A DNA stretch of 63,298 bases, counting the filler, from Octopus bimaculoides (taxonomy: Eukaryota), in assembly GCF_001194135.2 (NCBI RefSeq). It is 5 parts of 4 records of this genome, joined end to end, with 100 filler letters (N's around TTAATTAATTAA, not from the genome) between each part and the next. Parts side by side here need not be neighbours in the genome. Positions count along the whole stretch, not along the records: positions 15,696 to 42,061 come from NC_068991.1; positions 42,162 to 54,444 come from NW_026421380.1; 3 more parts are not named here. The stretch is one strand, 5' to 3'. Shown piece after piece: positions 38,291 through 51,405 of the stretch. Positions within the stretch are counted from its first letter, which is position 1, and every line of letters starts with the position of its first letter. The notes below the pieces were generated by a model. It was not told the origin of the DNA. It made no database searches and worked only from the letters and a program-made list of their open reading frames with translations. The position numbers and the translations under genes were made by a program.

Positions 38291-40149
38291 TGTGGATGCG
38301 CCTTTATGTTAATGAAATTCAATACTAATGACGACACAATTGTATCATAGATAATGTGATCATAGGGATATTTAAGTCAAATGTTGAATATCGCGTTAGT
38401 TCTTATATTATCTTGACGAGTAGCCTGCCTCACTGTTATACATTACTAAAAAATTATCATACTTCAACAATTAACCTAGATGTCTCTATCAGTAACGCTA
38501 AAGATTATTACAGAATCATGTGATGTTTGCTTAACATATATTAACAAAATTATATATAAAAAAGATATCCTGAAACAGTAAATATATTGGAATTTATATG
38601 TTGATGCATAATGCATGAAATATATTAAATATAAAATAAATTTGAAATCCATAATTTCTGTCCAAGCCGTTCATATCACTTCTATGAAGTCCTTTGTATT
38701 ATTGTGTCCACCGATATTCGGCATTCATTGCCATACCTGAACACCATCTCTTAGTAATTCCTTATCTGCCAACAGATTCAAATTCTCTAGCCGTAAAGTA
38801 GCAACTACTGAAAGAGGGAGTTAACTGCGTCATTCTTATTGACCTCGGAGGGACATACGACGGCAATAAACGTTGTCTTTTTTTCCAAGTATATAAATAT
38901 ATAAATAAATTGAATATAAACAATGAACAAGCATAGGTGCGTATTTCAATGACTATTTGATCGAGATTTAAAATTCCTTCAGCTATATTTTGATCAGTTT
39001 TCGTAGCAAACATTGATTGGCATATCTACACTGCAGCTATGAAATTTATAAAATACAGCAGCTTTAGTTGAAAATAGTCGGTTCGCAGATATTTTTGGTT
39101 TCCAGTGCTATTTGACAGCCATTATTATCTCTTGTCGTTGAGTATTATGACAAGACTCAAATCCGTTCATCTTTATGTCAAAATACTTTTTCAATTTCTA
39201 TTTACATACGACCTTCTGTGCCCTTGATTCACGCATAATTACAGCGTGTTGACGTTTGCCTTCTGCTGGTGCATTTCACAGATGATCAACAATTGTATTG
39301 ATTTCTGACCTATATCATTCAATTCAGAGTCAAAATTATTATGTCAATCTCTTAAGCTTCGAACGAAGAAAGATAGTATAAACTTGGAGATATTTGAGAT
39401 TTCGGTTTCTGTATATAATGTACAGTATATGTAAATTTTATATATAGATGTATTAAGAATAATTCGTATAGTTGAATATTTTAGAGAAAAAAACATTATT
39501 TCGGGAATTGGAATAGATTAGAACTATTTAAAATATTTTCTTTCAAGTAGAATTTATTTTAGGAAAAAATATAAAACGACAGAAAATGACACATTTCTGT
39601 TTGCTTGTTTTAAGCCTCATATGTTTAAAAAATCTTACTGTAAGATCACTTTGTCGATTTTAGGCATTGCGAGCTCCTCTGGAATATATTAGAAAATTAT
39701 TTGATTTTGTTTTCTTTTAAAAATGCAAGAATGTGTGCGTTCTATTTGGTACTGTTTCACGAACATCACATTACACCAAATACGCTCCTTTGTCGACTGT
39801 CACGTCTTAGTATTTAGTCTGTGTCTAACATTGTTCCTATTAATTATTGCATGCCAAAAACTATCTTTAAGTTCTACGTATTTCTAGATTTACCGAATAT
39901 TCAGTAAACTTACCAAACTTCAGAAAAGACATTTTAAAGTAATATCGATGACTGAAGATAATTTGGCTGCACTTATCGATAAGATTTACGATAACTAAAA
40001 ACAAAACATGAAAACAGCAAAAGATTATTCTTATGCACAAAAGACGTTTCGTCGAACTATATACATGATATTTCGACATTATTCCTGGCTTTCTTTGTCA
40101 AATATTACTGTACAAGTTAGTGGGATCGTATTTAGAGGTTTGTTTGCAT

Positions 40150-40330
40150 GCCTTACAAAATATTTTCTTCTCCCTGGAGTCCGCTAACAATATGTCGTCC
40201 AGGTATTGGAACCTGTCTTTACGAAATCCTGTAAGTCTGCATCATGTGAGGTATTTGTCGTTTATCTTTTACTCAGGAGAGGAGGTAGTGTCTATGAAGC
40301 ATTGTAGGATTTCGAAGTAAGGAGGGAGGA
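40150..40330 (-). mobile_element. Possible retroelement RT remnant
   Basis: Minus-strand QYLDDILLADS contains a YxDD catalytic motif; surrounding sequence is too decayed to classify. Confidence 0.3.
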
Positions 40331-41749
40331 AGTTATTCTCATACCGGAAAACACAATCGAAGTTTTTGCAACAATGTGGAATACTGAAGACAAAAGGTGG
40401 CGCCATTAAAGAGTGTTAAGTGCTAAGTTTACCTTTTATATAGACCATGGAGGGATTTGAAATTAGAACGGGACGACATGTGACTGAAAAAATACCTCGA
40501 GGCATTCAATCTGAAGTCCTGAGAGTTTCAACGATCCAGCGCTTTGGATCATTATTTGTTACTGACACGTAAAGAATGCAAACTAAAATAGTGATTGTGT
40601 GTAATTTGAACACAGAACGCGAGGAATCCGAACAAATTCCGTGCGAAATCATTCCTGGCTCTGTAACGATTTTGCTAATTCGCCGTCTTATTCGGTCAGC
40701 AGTGAACGTAATGTTCTGCAAAGCGTGGCGAACAAAGTGTCTCACCTTATTTAGAATATTATCGGTAACAAAGACAGGAGAGTAAGAATTCAACTACTCT
40801 AGATCTCTTAATACATTCTTCCACTAGAATATTTGCCCGCCTCTCTCTGTTGACTACTTACTTAACAAAATAGCCCTTTATAAGTTCTTTAATAACATCA
40901 CATTCCGCTGCTTGTGCTAATGTGTTGTCTTAGACTGCGCTCGTTAGCTATTCACCGCTTTCGAGTGAGATGGTCACTTGTTTCAAATTATACGTCTTAC
41001 TTTCGGCCATACAAAGAATGTTGACCATTTCCAAATCCTATTCACTGAGTTATCTTGAAAACTAAATGAAAGGCACTCACACCTCTTTATAGGATTTCAC
41101 AGCAAATTATTTACTAATCTATAAATCTAATATAACATTGGAAAACGATAAAGGTAAATTTTCAGCTAAATTTATTTGTATCCTAAATTATCAAATTAGC
41201 CACAATGAACTGCATCAAGACCCTTCACATTTAACTCCACTTAAAGACAAGACCCCTGATTGTTAATAAACAATCTTTATCACGCATTACAAGTATGTTT
41301 GTTTATTATTATAGCTTGCTTCCACACTTCTGTGAGAGAATAAACCTTTCTAATCAATGTTCAGTTCTTGCTCCAAGTCAAGGCTGTGATAGCAATCGAT
41401 GACTTCAAATCACTTATCATAACGTATGTCAAAGATTAAGTAGACATAAATACTGCTTACGTTCAATATGGGCGATTTCCAACGTTGCCATCGAGGTTAT
41501 ATTTAAACAAAGTGTTAGACGGGTTGTATAATTGTATCGCTCAAGGACTTATGCTGAGAAACTCATTATTCGGTAAAGAAGAAAAAAGGATTATCCGTAG
41601 AATATGTTTGATAAAACTTCAGACTGCTTTGCAGACCTCTATCGTTTAGGCCATGATTTGAGGCTGGTGTGGTTAGGCGTGTCTTTCTATGTTATTATGA
41701 ATACGATTATAATGATCTTTATTGTCGTTGTTAGCTTTTGTCGTCGTCG

Positions 41750-41758
41750 TCATCGTCG

Positions 41759-41802
<44 letters not shown>

Positions 41803-41803
41803 G

Positions 41804-41836
<33 letters not shown>

Positions 41837-41850
41837 CCACCATCATCATG

Positions 41851-41884
<34 letters not shown>

Positions 41885-41915
41885 ACATCATCATCATCAT
41901 CATCATCACCATCAC

Positions 41916-41950
<35 letters not shown>

Positions 41951-41963
41951 CCATCATCATCAC

Positions 41964-41995
<32 letters not shown>

Positions 41996-42172
41996 CCACC
42001 ATCATCACCACCATCATCATCATCATCATCATCACCATCATCATCACCATCATCATCATCANNNNNNNNNNNNNNNNNNNNNNNNNNNNNNNNNNNNNNN
42101 NNNNNTTAATTAATTAANNNNNNNNNNNNNNNNNNNNNNNNNNNNNNNNNNNNNNNNNNNNTAATAATAATA

Positions 42173-42203
<31 letters not shown>

Positions 42204-42315
42204 TGATGATGATAATAATGATAATAATAATGATAATAATAATAATAATAATAATAATGATGATGATAATAATGATAATAATAAATAATAATAATGATAA
42301 TAAATAATAATAATG

Positions 42316-42349
<34 letters not shown>

Positions 42350-42438
42350 TAATAATAATAATAATGATGATAATAATAATAATGATAATAATGATGATAA
42401 TAATAATAATAATAATAATAATGACGATAATAATAATA

Positions 42439-42484
<46 letters not shown>

Positions 42485-42500
42485 CAACAACGATAACAAT
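41750..42500. repeat. (ATC)n array and (AAT)n array on either side of an assembly spacer
   Basis: Read directly from the sequence. Confidence 0.95.
42062..42161. other. Artificial 100-bp scaffold spacer
   Basis: 44 N + TTAATTAATTAA (42106-42117) + 44 N. Confidence 0.95.
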
Positions 42501-42952
42501 AACAAAACCGCGATCTCATGTTAAGCAAACATACTTTAAGCTACAAAATAGCATCTACAAGAAGAAGAACAACAACAAAAACATGGGAGCAACAATCATA
42601 AGAAAGACAGCAGCAAAAACCATATCAAATACATAATAAATAAATAAAAATAAAAATTACATCAACATCGACAACAGTAACAGCAACAATAAAAACAACA
42701 ACACCAGCAATAACAACAACATGAAAAAGCAACGAAAAAAAAGAAACAAGAAAAGCATCAGGAAAAGAAATACATCAGTGATGACATCAAAAACAAGAAC
42801 AAGAACAACACCAGCAACAACAACAACAACACCAGCAGCAGCAGGAGAGCCTCTAAATAGTGGAATGAAGTAGCGAGAAATAGCAACGAAAACCTCCCTC
42901 AAATCAGATCCTAGCTTTTTCATACATGAAGTGGGATTCAATGGACGATATT

Positions 42953-43008
<56 letters not shown>

Positions 43009-43789
43009 TTGGTGGTGGTGATGGTGCTGCTGGTGGTAGTGCTGGTGCTCGTGGTAATGCTGGTGGTAGAGGCGATTCTGTTCGTGGTGGTGGTGGTGGT
43101 GGTGNNNNNNNNNNNNNNNNNNNNNNNNNNNNNNNNNNNNNNNNNNNNNNNNNNNNNNNNNNNNNNNNNNNNNNNNNNNNNNNNNNNNNNNNNNNNNNNN
43201 NNNNNNNNNNNNNNNNNNNNNNNNNNNNNNNNNNNNNNNNNNNNNNNNNNNNNNNNNNNNNNNNNNNNNNNNNNNNNNNNNNNNNNNNNNNNNNNNNNNN
43301 NNNNNNNNNNNNNNNNNNNNNNNNNNNNNNNNNNNNNNNNNNNNNNNNNNNNNNNNNNNNNNNNNNNNNNNNNNNNNNNNNNNNNNNNNNNNNNNNNNNN
43401 NNNNNNNNNNNNNNNNNNNNNNNNNNNNNNNNNNNNNNNNNNNNNNNNNNNNNNNNNNNNNNNNNNNNNNNNNNNNNNNNNNNNNNNNNNNNNNNNNNNN
43501 NNNNNNNNNNNNNNNNNNNNNNNNNNNNNNNNNNNNNNNNNNNNNNNNNNNNNNNNNNNNNNNNNNNNNNNNNNNTATATATATATATAAAGACAAAGAG
43601 AGGGAGAAAGACCAGTTAAAACCAGACCCCATGCGTGTTGAATGGCCGTTGTTTTTAAAATAACAATAAAATAAAAACAAACGGACTTTTCTACCTTGGT
43701 ACGAAAATGATGTAAGGCAAGCGAAATAAATGAAGTCTACTTTATTAGTTACTGTGGTCAATAAAACGCTAAAAAAGATGTTAGAAGTA

Positions 43790-44580
43790 CATAGATTCTT
43801 TCTTAGCAGTCATGTTGTAAATGTGTTTGTTCTTGGAGTCATGTCTATTTTAAACAGCTGAACGAACCCTTAAGTTTCGTCAATTGAACATTTCTTTATA
43901 CATATGATCTTGTGTAAAATATTTATCCACTAATCTAATGAAGGCCCTACCCACACAGATGCTCACATTTAACGAGAAAGGGGAGATAAACCATATGACT
44001 TTTCGGCGGTGCTTTCTCATGTAGGTGTTAAGGCTGGACATATAAATGATGCTTTCTTTAAACCTGCTAGCTACCAGAGGAGCGGCTGCATCAATGACAT
44101 CTTCATTTGAAAGTGGGCTCAAAATCCTCCTACTGACCCCCTTTACAAGGTTTTTAAATAATATAGGCGGTTGGAGGAGGCTGTGTCGTTGTGCGACAGC
44201 TTCTCTTGATTTGCAGTATGGTCACACTCTTAACTCCATGGGGGTTAAGAGTGTAGATCAGGTTTTTCCTGATCCTGCCTAGAATATACTCGTTGGAGTC
44301 TCTAGAGATGGCTAAAGCATCGTCTTTATATAGGCCAAAGCGGGTTGACAGGAAATTCGTACCTTGAGTGTCTAGAGGAATTTCCCACCAAGGCTTATTA
44401 AGTCGTAGATATTTGCGTTGTTGAATGACCCTCTCTCCACACCGAAGAAGCCTTTTAGGCCTGTTTGTTTCATCTAGATCGAATTTTTATCAAATGGCAG
44501 AGATTGTCTGAAGTGCATTATTAGATCTGTATTCCTAACGTCATATTGAAGCGTTTTAGTCCCTCTGCAGGAAAAACTCC
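43790..44580 (-). mobile_element. Decayed Penelope-like element, RT region
   Basis: Minus-strand GSFNNANIYDLI (cf. MGSFDGAEICELV), FGLYKDDALAI (catalytic YxDD) and RKHRRKVIWFISPFSLNV...RLVDKYF (cf. RKRNIIWFNPPFS). Confidence 0.7.
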
Positions 44581-44882
44581 CAGGAAAAATTCACCACTTG
44601 TATGAAAACACAAGATGGGCTGTGAATGATGGCACTGGTTTGCAGAACGCATACGCTTTTTGATGTCTCACTTCGTCTGCTACGAACACCAAACCTGCCA
44701 TCACAACCCAATAAGAACGGAATTATTCTTACTAAAATTGCATCAGGTCAGGTATGGGGGCATGCACAATTGCAGCGCATCGCTGCATCCTCCATTTCTC
44801 TGTGTGTGCAATCCTCTGAGTAGTGCCCCAGATGGTCCCCATCTCTGCGAAATACTTCCTCATCCGCAGTGATCGTGAGGAG

Positions 44883-44913
<31 letters not shown>

Positions 44914-45253
44914 CAGCTTACCTGTAGATAAGTTTCATGAGAGACCAGACGATTGCAAGGAGGATTAAACCACCGAATACAAACAAAATGGCTGCCAAAA
45001 GACAAACAGGAAGAAAGAAACATAAATATTATCACTTCAGCGAAAATATACAAAATTATTGTTGTTATTGTTGCTGTTGGTTAGACCTAGCTTAGCAGTG
45101 ACTGAACAGGGATAGGATCCATAGGATCGAGTAGTCTGTGCTTATGCGAGTGTATATTTGTTCGTGTGAAAGTGTAATCGTAGATGTTTGTTTTGTGTGT
45201 GACGTTTTGGGTGTGTATGTGCATGTGTGCATACGTGTGCATATGCGTGTATA

Positions 45254-45296
<43 letters not shown>

Positions 45297-45516
45297 ATGT
45301 GTGTGTGTATAGGTGTGCATATGTATGTGTTTATGTGCGTGTGTTCAAGTGTGTTTAAGATGGAGGGTGTGTGAATTGAGTTCGATTTGGCTGTTTATGA
45401 ATGTATCGAGTTGGCTTTCTGAGTGGGTGTATGAATTTACAAACGTGTGTGTGCGTATGTGTTATATGTATATATACACACGCACACACATGTGTGTGTG
45501 TGTGTGTGTGTGTGTT

Positions 45517-45570
<54 letters not shown>

Positions 45571-45961
45571 NNNNNNNNNNNNNNNNNNNNNNNNNNNNNN
45601 NNNNNNNNNNNNNNNNNNNNNNNNNNNNNNNNNNNNNNNNNNNNNNNNNNNNNNNNNNNNNNNNNNNNNNNNNNNNNNNNNNNNNNNNNNNNNNNNNNNN
45701 NNNNNNNNNNNNNNNNNNNNNNNNNNNNNNNNNNNNNNNNNNNNNNNNNNNNNNNNNNNNNNNNNNNNNNNNNNNNNNNNNNNNNNNNNNNNNNNNNNNN
45801 NNNTAAAGATGTATTACTACCGTTATTAATGATATTAACAAGGTAATAATAAGGTGGCCAGCAAGTTCACACCATTACAGACTTGGCTCTGATTTTAGCC
45901 AGTGGTATTATATACCCTACTGTGTCTAAACACCCATATATAGGTGTTTGTGCGTGTATAT

Positions 45962-46007
<46 letters not shown>

Positions 46008-46189
46008 GGAATGGACACAAGTAGGAAATGACGCAAATGGTACAGCAAACGAACATTTAAACTTCATCAGCTGTCTTGCTTACTAAATGCAGTTTTGACA
46101 CCTTGAGATACAACTGCTAGGTTACTGGCGTCAGTAAGCCATAAAATGTGATTTGATAGAAAATGGTTTTACAGTCTGCATGTGTGTCG

Positions 46190-46490
46190 ATCTGTTTGTC
46201 TGTCTGTCTGTCCGTCTGTCTGTCTATCTATCATCCATCAATCTATCACTCTATTTGTGTCTGTTTATCTATTTATCTATCTATCCATCAATCTATCTAT
46301 GTCTATCTATTTATCTGCCTATTTATCTATCTATTTATCAATTTATCTATCTATCTATCTCTCCTTGTACCTATATATCTATCGGTCTATCTATCCATTA
46401 ATTTATCGACATATCCTTCTATGTATCTATTTATCTATCTATCTGTCTGTCTGTCCTAACTATTTATCTATCTATCTATCTCTCCATTAA
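46190..46490. repeat. Degenerate (ATCT)n/(GTCT)n array; a homologous array lies at ~48305-48600
   Basis: Shared interruption TATCTCTCCTT(G/C)TACC(T/A)ATATATCTATC(G/T)GTCTATCTATCCATTAAT in both arrays. Confidence 0.85.
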
Positions 46491-46524
46491 TCTCATTCTC
46501 CCCTTTTCTTTTCTCTCTTTGTGT

Positions 46525-48255
46525 AGGAAACACAATTTTACGAGGTCCATGCTCAGACTAGGCAGTGGCTTGGGGTCGCCTTGATAACAAGGTTTCCTGT
46601 TGAATTATATCAAGTCACAAAATGTAGATATTATAGCCATCAGCGAAGCCAGACTCTCCAATCCGTGGCCCTCAAGTCCATGTTCGGCGGACAACTCGAC
46701 ATTTATTTTTCTCCGTGTCTGCCGAGAACGGGCGGTGTTGGTACCTCGGTGCTTTTTCGAAAGGGTCCTGAACCCAAAGTAATGACAGTATCCCTAGACC
46801 CGGGGGTAGGCTGGTCGTCTTGGATGTCGATGGCAGTAATGGATGTGCTCTCCGTCTGAAAACGGTATTCGCACCGTCCTTATCAGGTCAGCCAAATTTC
46901 TTTCGACGTCTAGAGGTTTTCCTGGGAACGTCTCGACCGTTACTATTTGTAAGGGATTGGAACGCTATCTTGGCCATGCATCTAGACTATGTACGTATAG
47001 ATAGGAAGAGAAATGGGTGCAAATGCTCAGACGTTTCCAACTGTCCGATAGGTACCGACTGGACTACCCGAATGTGCCGAGGAGCGGTGACACTGCTAAA
47101 GAAAGACGACTCCAAAAAAGGGAAACGTTATAGATAATTTGTGGCCCATCACTCTGCTCAACGCAGATTTGAATATTTTGGCCAAGGTTCTAGCCGAGAG
47201 GTTGGAGCTGGTCATCAAGAAATTGGTCGACAAGGCGCAAACATGCGCCGTGCCGGACAGAAGTATCCATTACAACCTCCATCTAATGCGCTACGTCATA
47301 GACTGGGTAGTTAAGAAACCACGCATGGGTAGGGCTCTAATAAATTTGGGTCAATCAAAAGCTTTCGATAGAGTCAACCATCGATACTTGGTAGTTGTCC
47401 TTAAGGTGGCTGGTTTCGGTCCCGTCTTCTGTGGTTGGATCGCTGCTTTAAACAGCGGTAACTGCTCGGTTGATCGAGTAAATGGCCATCTATCTAGACC
47501 ATTTAGCATCTCGCATTCGGTCCGTCAGGTATGCCTCCTCTCGTCACTTCTGCATGTATTGACTCTAGAGACACTACCTGCAGAAGCTGGCGACGCTGAG
47601 GGACATCCCACGAGAACTGGGATGCGGGAGGAGCGTGTCTGCATACGCGGACGATGTCACTGTCATCGTGTCAAGCCACAGGCATATTGACCTGGTTGGT
47701 GAGACACTAAAAGAATACAAATCGGTAACAGCAGCAAAAATTAACCCGGAAAAGTCAGTGGACTTGCGGCTCGGCAGCTGGAGAAGCAAGCCCATGCCGT
47801 CCAACAGCATTTCCATAGTGGGACACTGGACCGACGGACCGGTTAAATTGTTCGGGGTCTGGTTCGGTCCGCACCTCCAAATGGAAAAGACCTGAGATGA
47901 GACAACAAGCTGGGTGGCCACTCTCACCTAGCTATGGGTCGAGAGGAAGCTATCTCTAAAAGGTTGGGCTGAAGTGGCGAATGCGTACATTGCATCCGTC
48001 ATCTACTACAATCTGACCGTCGTGCCTTGTCCTGACCCTACCAACACAAAACTGGAACACATACTCTTCCGTTTTTTGTAGACGGGAAGCGTTCCGATGA
48101 TTAGGCGATCCATTTTTTGACAGCATCCGCTAAATGGAGGGCTAGGTATGCCGTGGTTGATGATGCGCAGACATGCGTTGACATTGCGGCGCTTCCAGAG
48201 TTTCATAGGTGACGGTGAACAGGTGTGGTCGCCATTTGTGAGACACGCTTTTCGG
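46525..48255 (+). mobile_element. Tx1/L1-clade LINE ORF2 remnant (APE endonuclease + RT), internally deleted, multiple stops and frameshifts
   Basis: ATG at 46549; endonuclease motifs VDIIAISEAR, GGRLVVLDV, VRDWNAIL; RT motifs PITLLNADLNILAKVLA, GQSKAFDRV, SVRQVCLLSSLL, SAYADDV, KINPEKS; then LSLKG and GGLGMP. Confidence 0.9.
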
Positions 48256-48659
48256 AACTGCAATCATGAATCACGCAGAGACCGAAGCTGGGCGAATGGC
48301 ACCACTATCTATCTATCTATCTATCTATCTGTCTGTCTGTCTGTCTGTGTATCTGTTTATCTATCCATCAATCTATCTATCTATTCATTAATCTATCTAT
48401 CTGTCTGTCTGTCTGTCTGTCTATCTAGTTATCTATCCTTCCATCAATTTACCCATCACTATTTATTTGTTTGTCTATCTATCTAGTCATCAGCCTATCC
48501 ATCTATCTCTCCTTCTACCAATATATCTATCTGTCTATCTATCCATTAATATATTCATTTATCTACCTATCTGCCTGTCTATTTCTTTAGGCATATATCA
48601 ACCTGTCTACCCAAATATATGTTGATTCGGTAGATACATGCATTTATTTCATGGAATTA

Positions 48660-48696
<37 letters not shown>

Positions 48697-48721
48697 GTGC
48701 GTGTGCGCGCGCGCAGCGAGC

Positions 48722-48868
48722 TTCTTTCATCTTCCGTCTACCAAATTGACTTCCGAGACTTGTCCCGAGGCCATTGCAAAAGATACTTGCCCAAAGTGTA
48801 ACACAGTGGGACTGAAACCGGAACCATGTGGTTAGGAAGGAAACTTCCTACCACACAGCCAAGCCTGT
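48722..48868 (-). mobile_element. SINE family A, 5' half
   Basis: GATACTTGCCCAAAGTGTAACACAGTGGGACTGAAACCGGAACCATGTGGTTAGGAAGG...ACCACACAGCC is the reverse complement of the family A head. Confidence 0.8.
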
Positions 48869-49179
48869 GCACGCACATGCACACATACACACACGCACAC
48901 ACGCGCACGCACACATATACACACACGCACACATACACATACACAAAACCACATATATGGGTTAACATGTGTGTTTTCTGATTTACCTTTGCAACTCTTG
49001 ACCTAAAAAAAAATGTCATTCTCCTTATCAAACTAGCTGACAACTTTTGACCTCATACGTAGGTTAAACTAGGAATAAAAGACTACAAGAATTCATAAAA
49101 AGATAAAAATCTCTTATCTAAAATTAATCATTTCATAAGCGCGGCAAAATAGCACGGCAGCAAGGCAAAGTGACATAAC

Positions 49180-50791
49180 TCTTCTGTGACTGTAGTAGTT
49201 CTCTCCCTTGAAACTCTCGGCTTATTTCTATAATTTGGATTTGAGTTGTGGTAGGAAAGCCTCCTATACTTTTATATTAATCGTATTTCGGCCAGAGTTC
49301 TTTCGTCACACTTCTGTGACCTCATTAGTGGTCCTTTGCTTTCTTCTTTGTTTTTCTTTCCTTACTAATGATCAGCCATATTCTATGTGTCTTTATTTGC
49401 GCATGCGTATACTCCTGTGTGTCCTATGTTTAGTAAGTGTGTGGGGGGATGTGCCTGTATTATCAGTATCCCCTGTTTATACACGTTCGTTTAATTTTTT
49501 TTATTTATTTTATACATGTGTTTATGCCTACTTATTTTTTCTATTCTTTCTTTTTTTTGTATTTAATTTTATTTATTTTGTTAATGTATATAGTTATTTA
49601 ATTCCATTTGTTTAACTGTGTATAGTATCATATTATGTTCATATTGTTATCAGTTTATGAGGATCTTATTCTGTCATATGTTGTGGTGCGTTGGGGATGT
49701 GTGCTAGTGTTCCATTCCAGTTTCCTATTCAGGCTAGGTTTATCTTCTATTATGTGTGTAGCTTTTGTAATTTGTCTAAGCGCTGCGTCTGTTCTATGTT
49801 GTTGTGCGAGCCCCCGTGTTCCTGCTCGGCGTGCTGGTACACAACCGATGAGCTCTTCTCTTCCTTAAGTTCCCTCCAATGTCCATTTACCCGCTCTCTT
49901 ATGCTCCGTACTGTTTCTCCTACGTATGTCGTTGTTTAGTTACTGCACCGTCCCTGTGAACATCTTATACTATAGACTACATTCCTGGCTTTACAGTTTG
50001 TTTGTGAGCTAAATCTACATACAGTACAGTTCCTATCAGTACGGAGGGTTCTACTAAAAGGGTAGGTTCTACCGATTAGGGATATGGTAGGGTTGCTTGG
50101 TCTTTCTACAACCTTAATTCTTAGCTTAAGTTTGTCTAGGGCTTTTCTAAAGCAGTACGCTAGTTCGCCTCTAAGGGTGATGTCGACGAACATGACACTC
50201 TGGTATTTGTGGCTATCATACCATGAGCTGGCCTTCCCTATTTTCTTCTTAGTCCTTCAATGGTGTTCCATGACTTGCTCCTATAGAGTGGGAAAATCCC
50301 ATTCCTATCGTTACGTATGACTGTTTCAAATTTCTTCATAGCTCCTTTGTATACTCTGATCCTTTCTCTATGGCTGTATCCTGAGAACTGCATACGGTGA
50401 ACGAAATGTTGTATGTGTCTCTTGAACTCTATAGGGTCGCACAAGCGGGACACATTTCGCATTACTCTGACGAGGTCTGCCATCAATATATTGAATTAGG
50501 CATTGTCCGCGATAGATGAGTTCCGGTGGATCTGGTATTTGGAGGCCATAGGTTTGGCATAGTGTGAATGAAGGATTCGGGTTTTATTATTCACAGTTTC
50601 CAGCCAGAGTTCTGCATTTAGTACTGGTAGTCTATAGTTAGGGCGTTTTGTAGGGCAGACAATCGTAAATTAAATTAAATACAAAAAAACGAAAGAATAG
50701 AATAAATAAGTAGGCATAAATACATGAACAAAATAAATAAAAAGAAATTAAAAGAACGTGTATAATCAGGGGATACTGATAATACAGGCAC
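49180..50791 (-). mobile_element. 5'-truncated Penelope-like element (RT C-terminus + GIY-YIG endonuclease + 3' region) with an inverted copy of its 3' region at the 5' end
   Basis: Minus-strand HYAKPMASK, RVMRNVSRLC, RMQFSGYS, then CTVC, NVVYSIRC and YVGETVRSIRERVNGH (GIY-YIG). ~120-bp inverted repeat at 49451-49571 and 50670-50791. Confidence 0.85.
49290..49334 (-). ncRNA. Minimal type I hammerhead ribozyme with one core substitution
   Basis: Minus strand GGACCA-CTAATGA-G-GTCACA-GAAG-TGTGAC-GAAAG-AA-CTC-TGGCC: perfect 6-bp helix II, 2-bp helix III, CUC cleavage triplet, CCA/TGG helix I. Core reads CTAATGA instead of CTGATGA. Confidence 0.7.
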
Positions 50792-50795
50792 AATA

Positions 50796-51405
50796 TTGTT
50801 AAATGTTTTTCTTTTATTTATTACTAAAATAAGTATTTTTATATAAATTCACTTGTTATTTGTTGTTAGTTGATATCCTATTTAACGCTAAGTTAATAGT
50901 ATAACGTCTAACATTTTAGTTTAAACCAAAACTTCGATAAGATTAGTGTTGCATTTATTTTCAATAATATTGTTTAATGTTTTTCTTTGATTTATCGGTA
51001 AAATAAGTATTTTTATATAAATTCATTTATTGTTAGTTAATATTCTGATAATCACTAAGTTAATAGTATAACGTTCAAATTTTTATTTTAAACTAAAGCT
51101 TCGATAAGATAAGTATTGCATTTATTTTCAATAATATTAAATGTTTTTCTTTTATTTATTGGTGAAATAAGTATTTTTATATAAATTCATTTATTATTTT
51201 TGTTAGTTTATATTCTAATTGTATAACGTTTAAATTTAAGTTTAAAATAAATATTCGATGAGATAAGTATTGCTTTTATTTTCAATAATATCGTTAGATA
51301 TTTTTCTTTTATTTATTGGTAAAATAAGTACTTTTACTTATTGATAAAATAAGTATTTTTATATAAATTCATTTGTTATTTATTGTTAGTTGATATATAT
51401 ACATT
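50796..51405. repeat. AT-rich tandem repeat, ~155-175-bp unit, about 3.5 copies
   Basis: AAATAAGTATTTTTATATAAATTCA and GATAAGTATTGC...TTTATTTTCAATAATA recur; units start near 50796, 50970, 51136 and 51291. Confidence 0.85.

Noticed and set aside
40506-40793. ORF with ADRIRRRISKIV, faintly like hAT-Charlie/Buster transposase
   Set aside because: The expected LDESTD motif is not recognisable; insufficient evidence.
50796-51405. CRISPR-like array; the 25-bp repeat at 7612 was also considered
   Set aside because: These are contiguous tandem units with no unique spacers, no cas genes, and a eukaryotic context.
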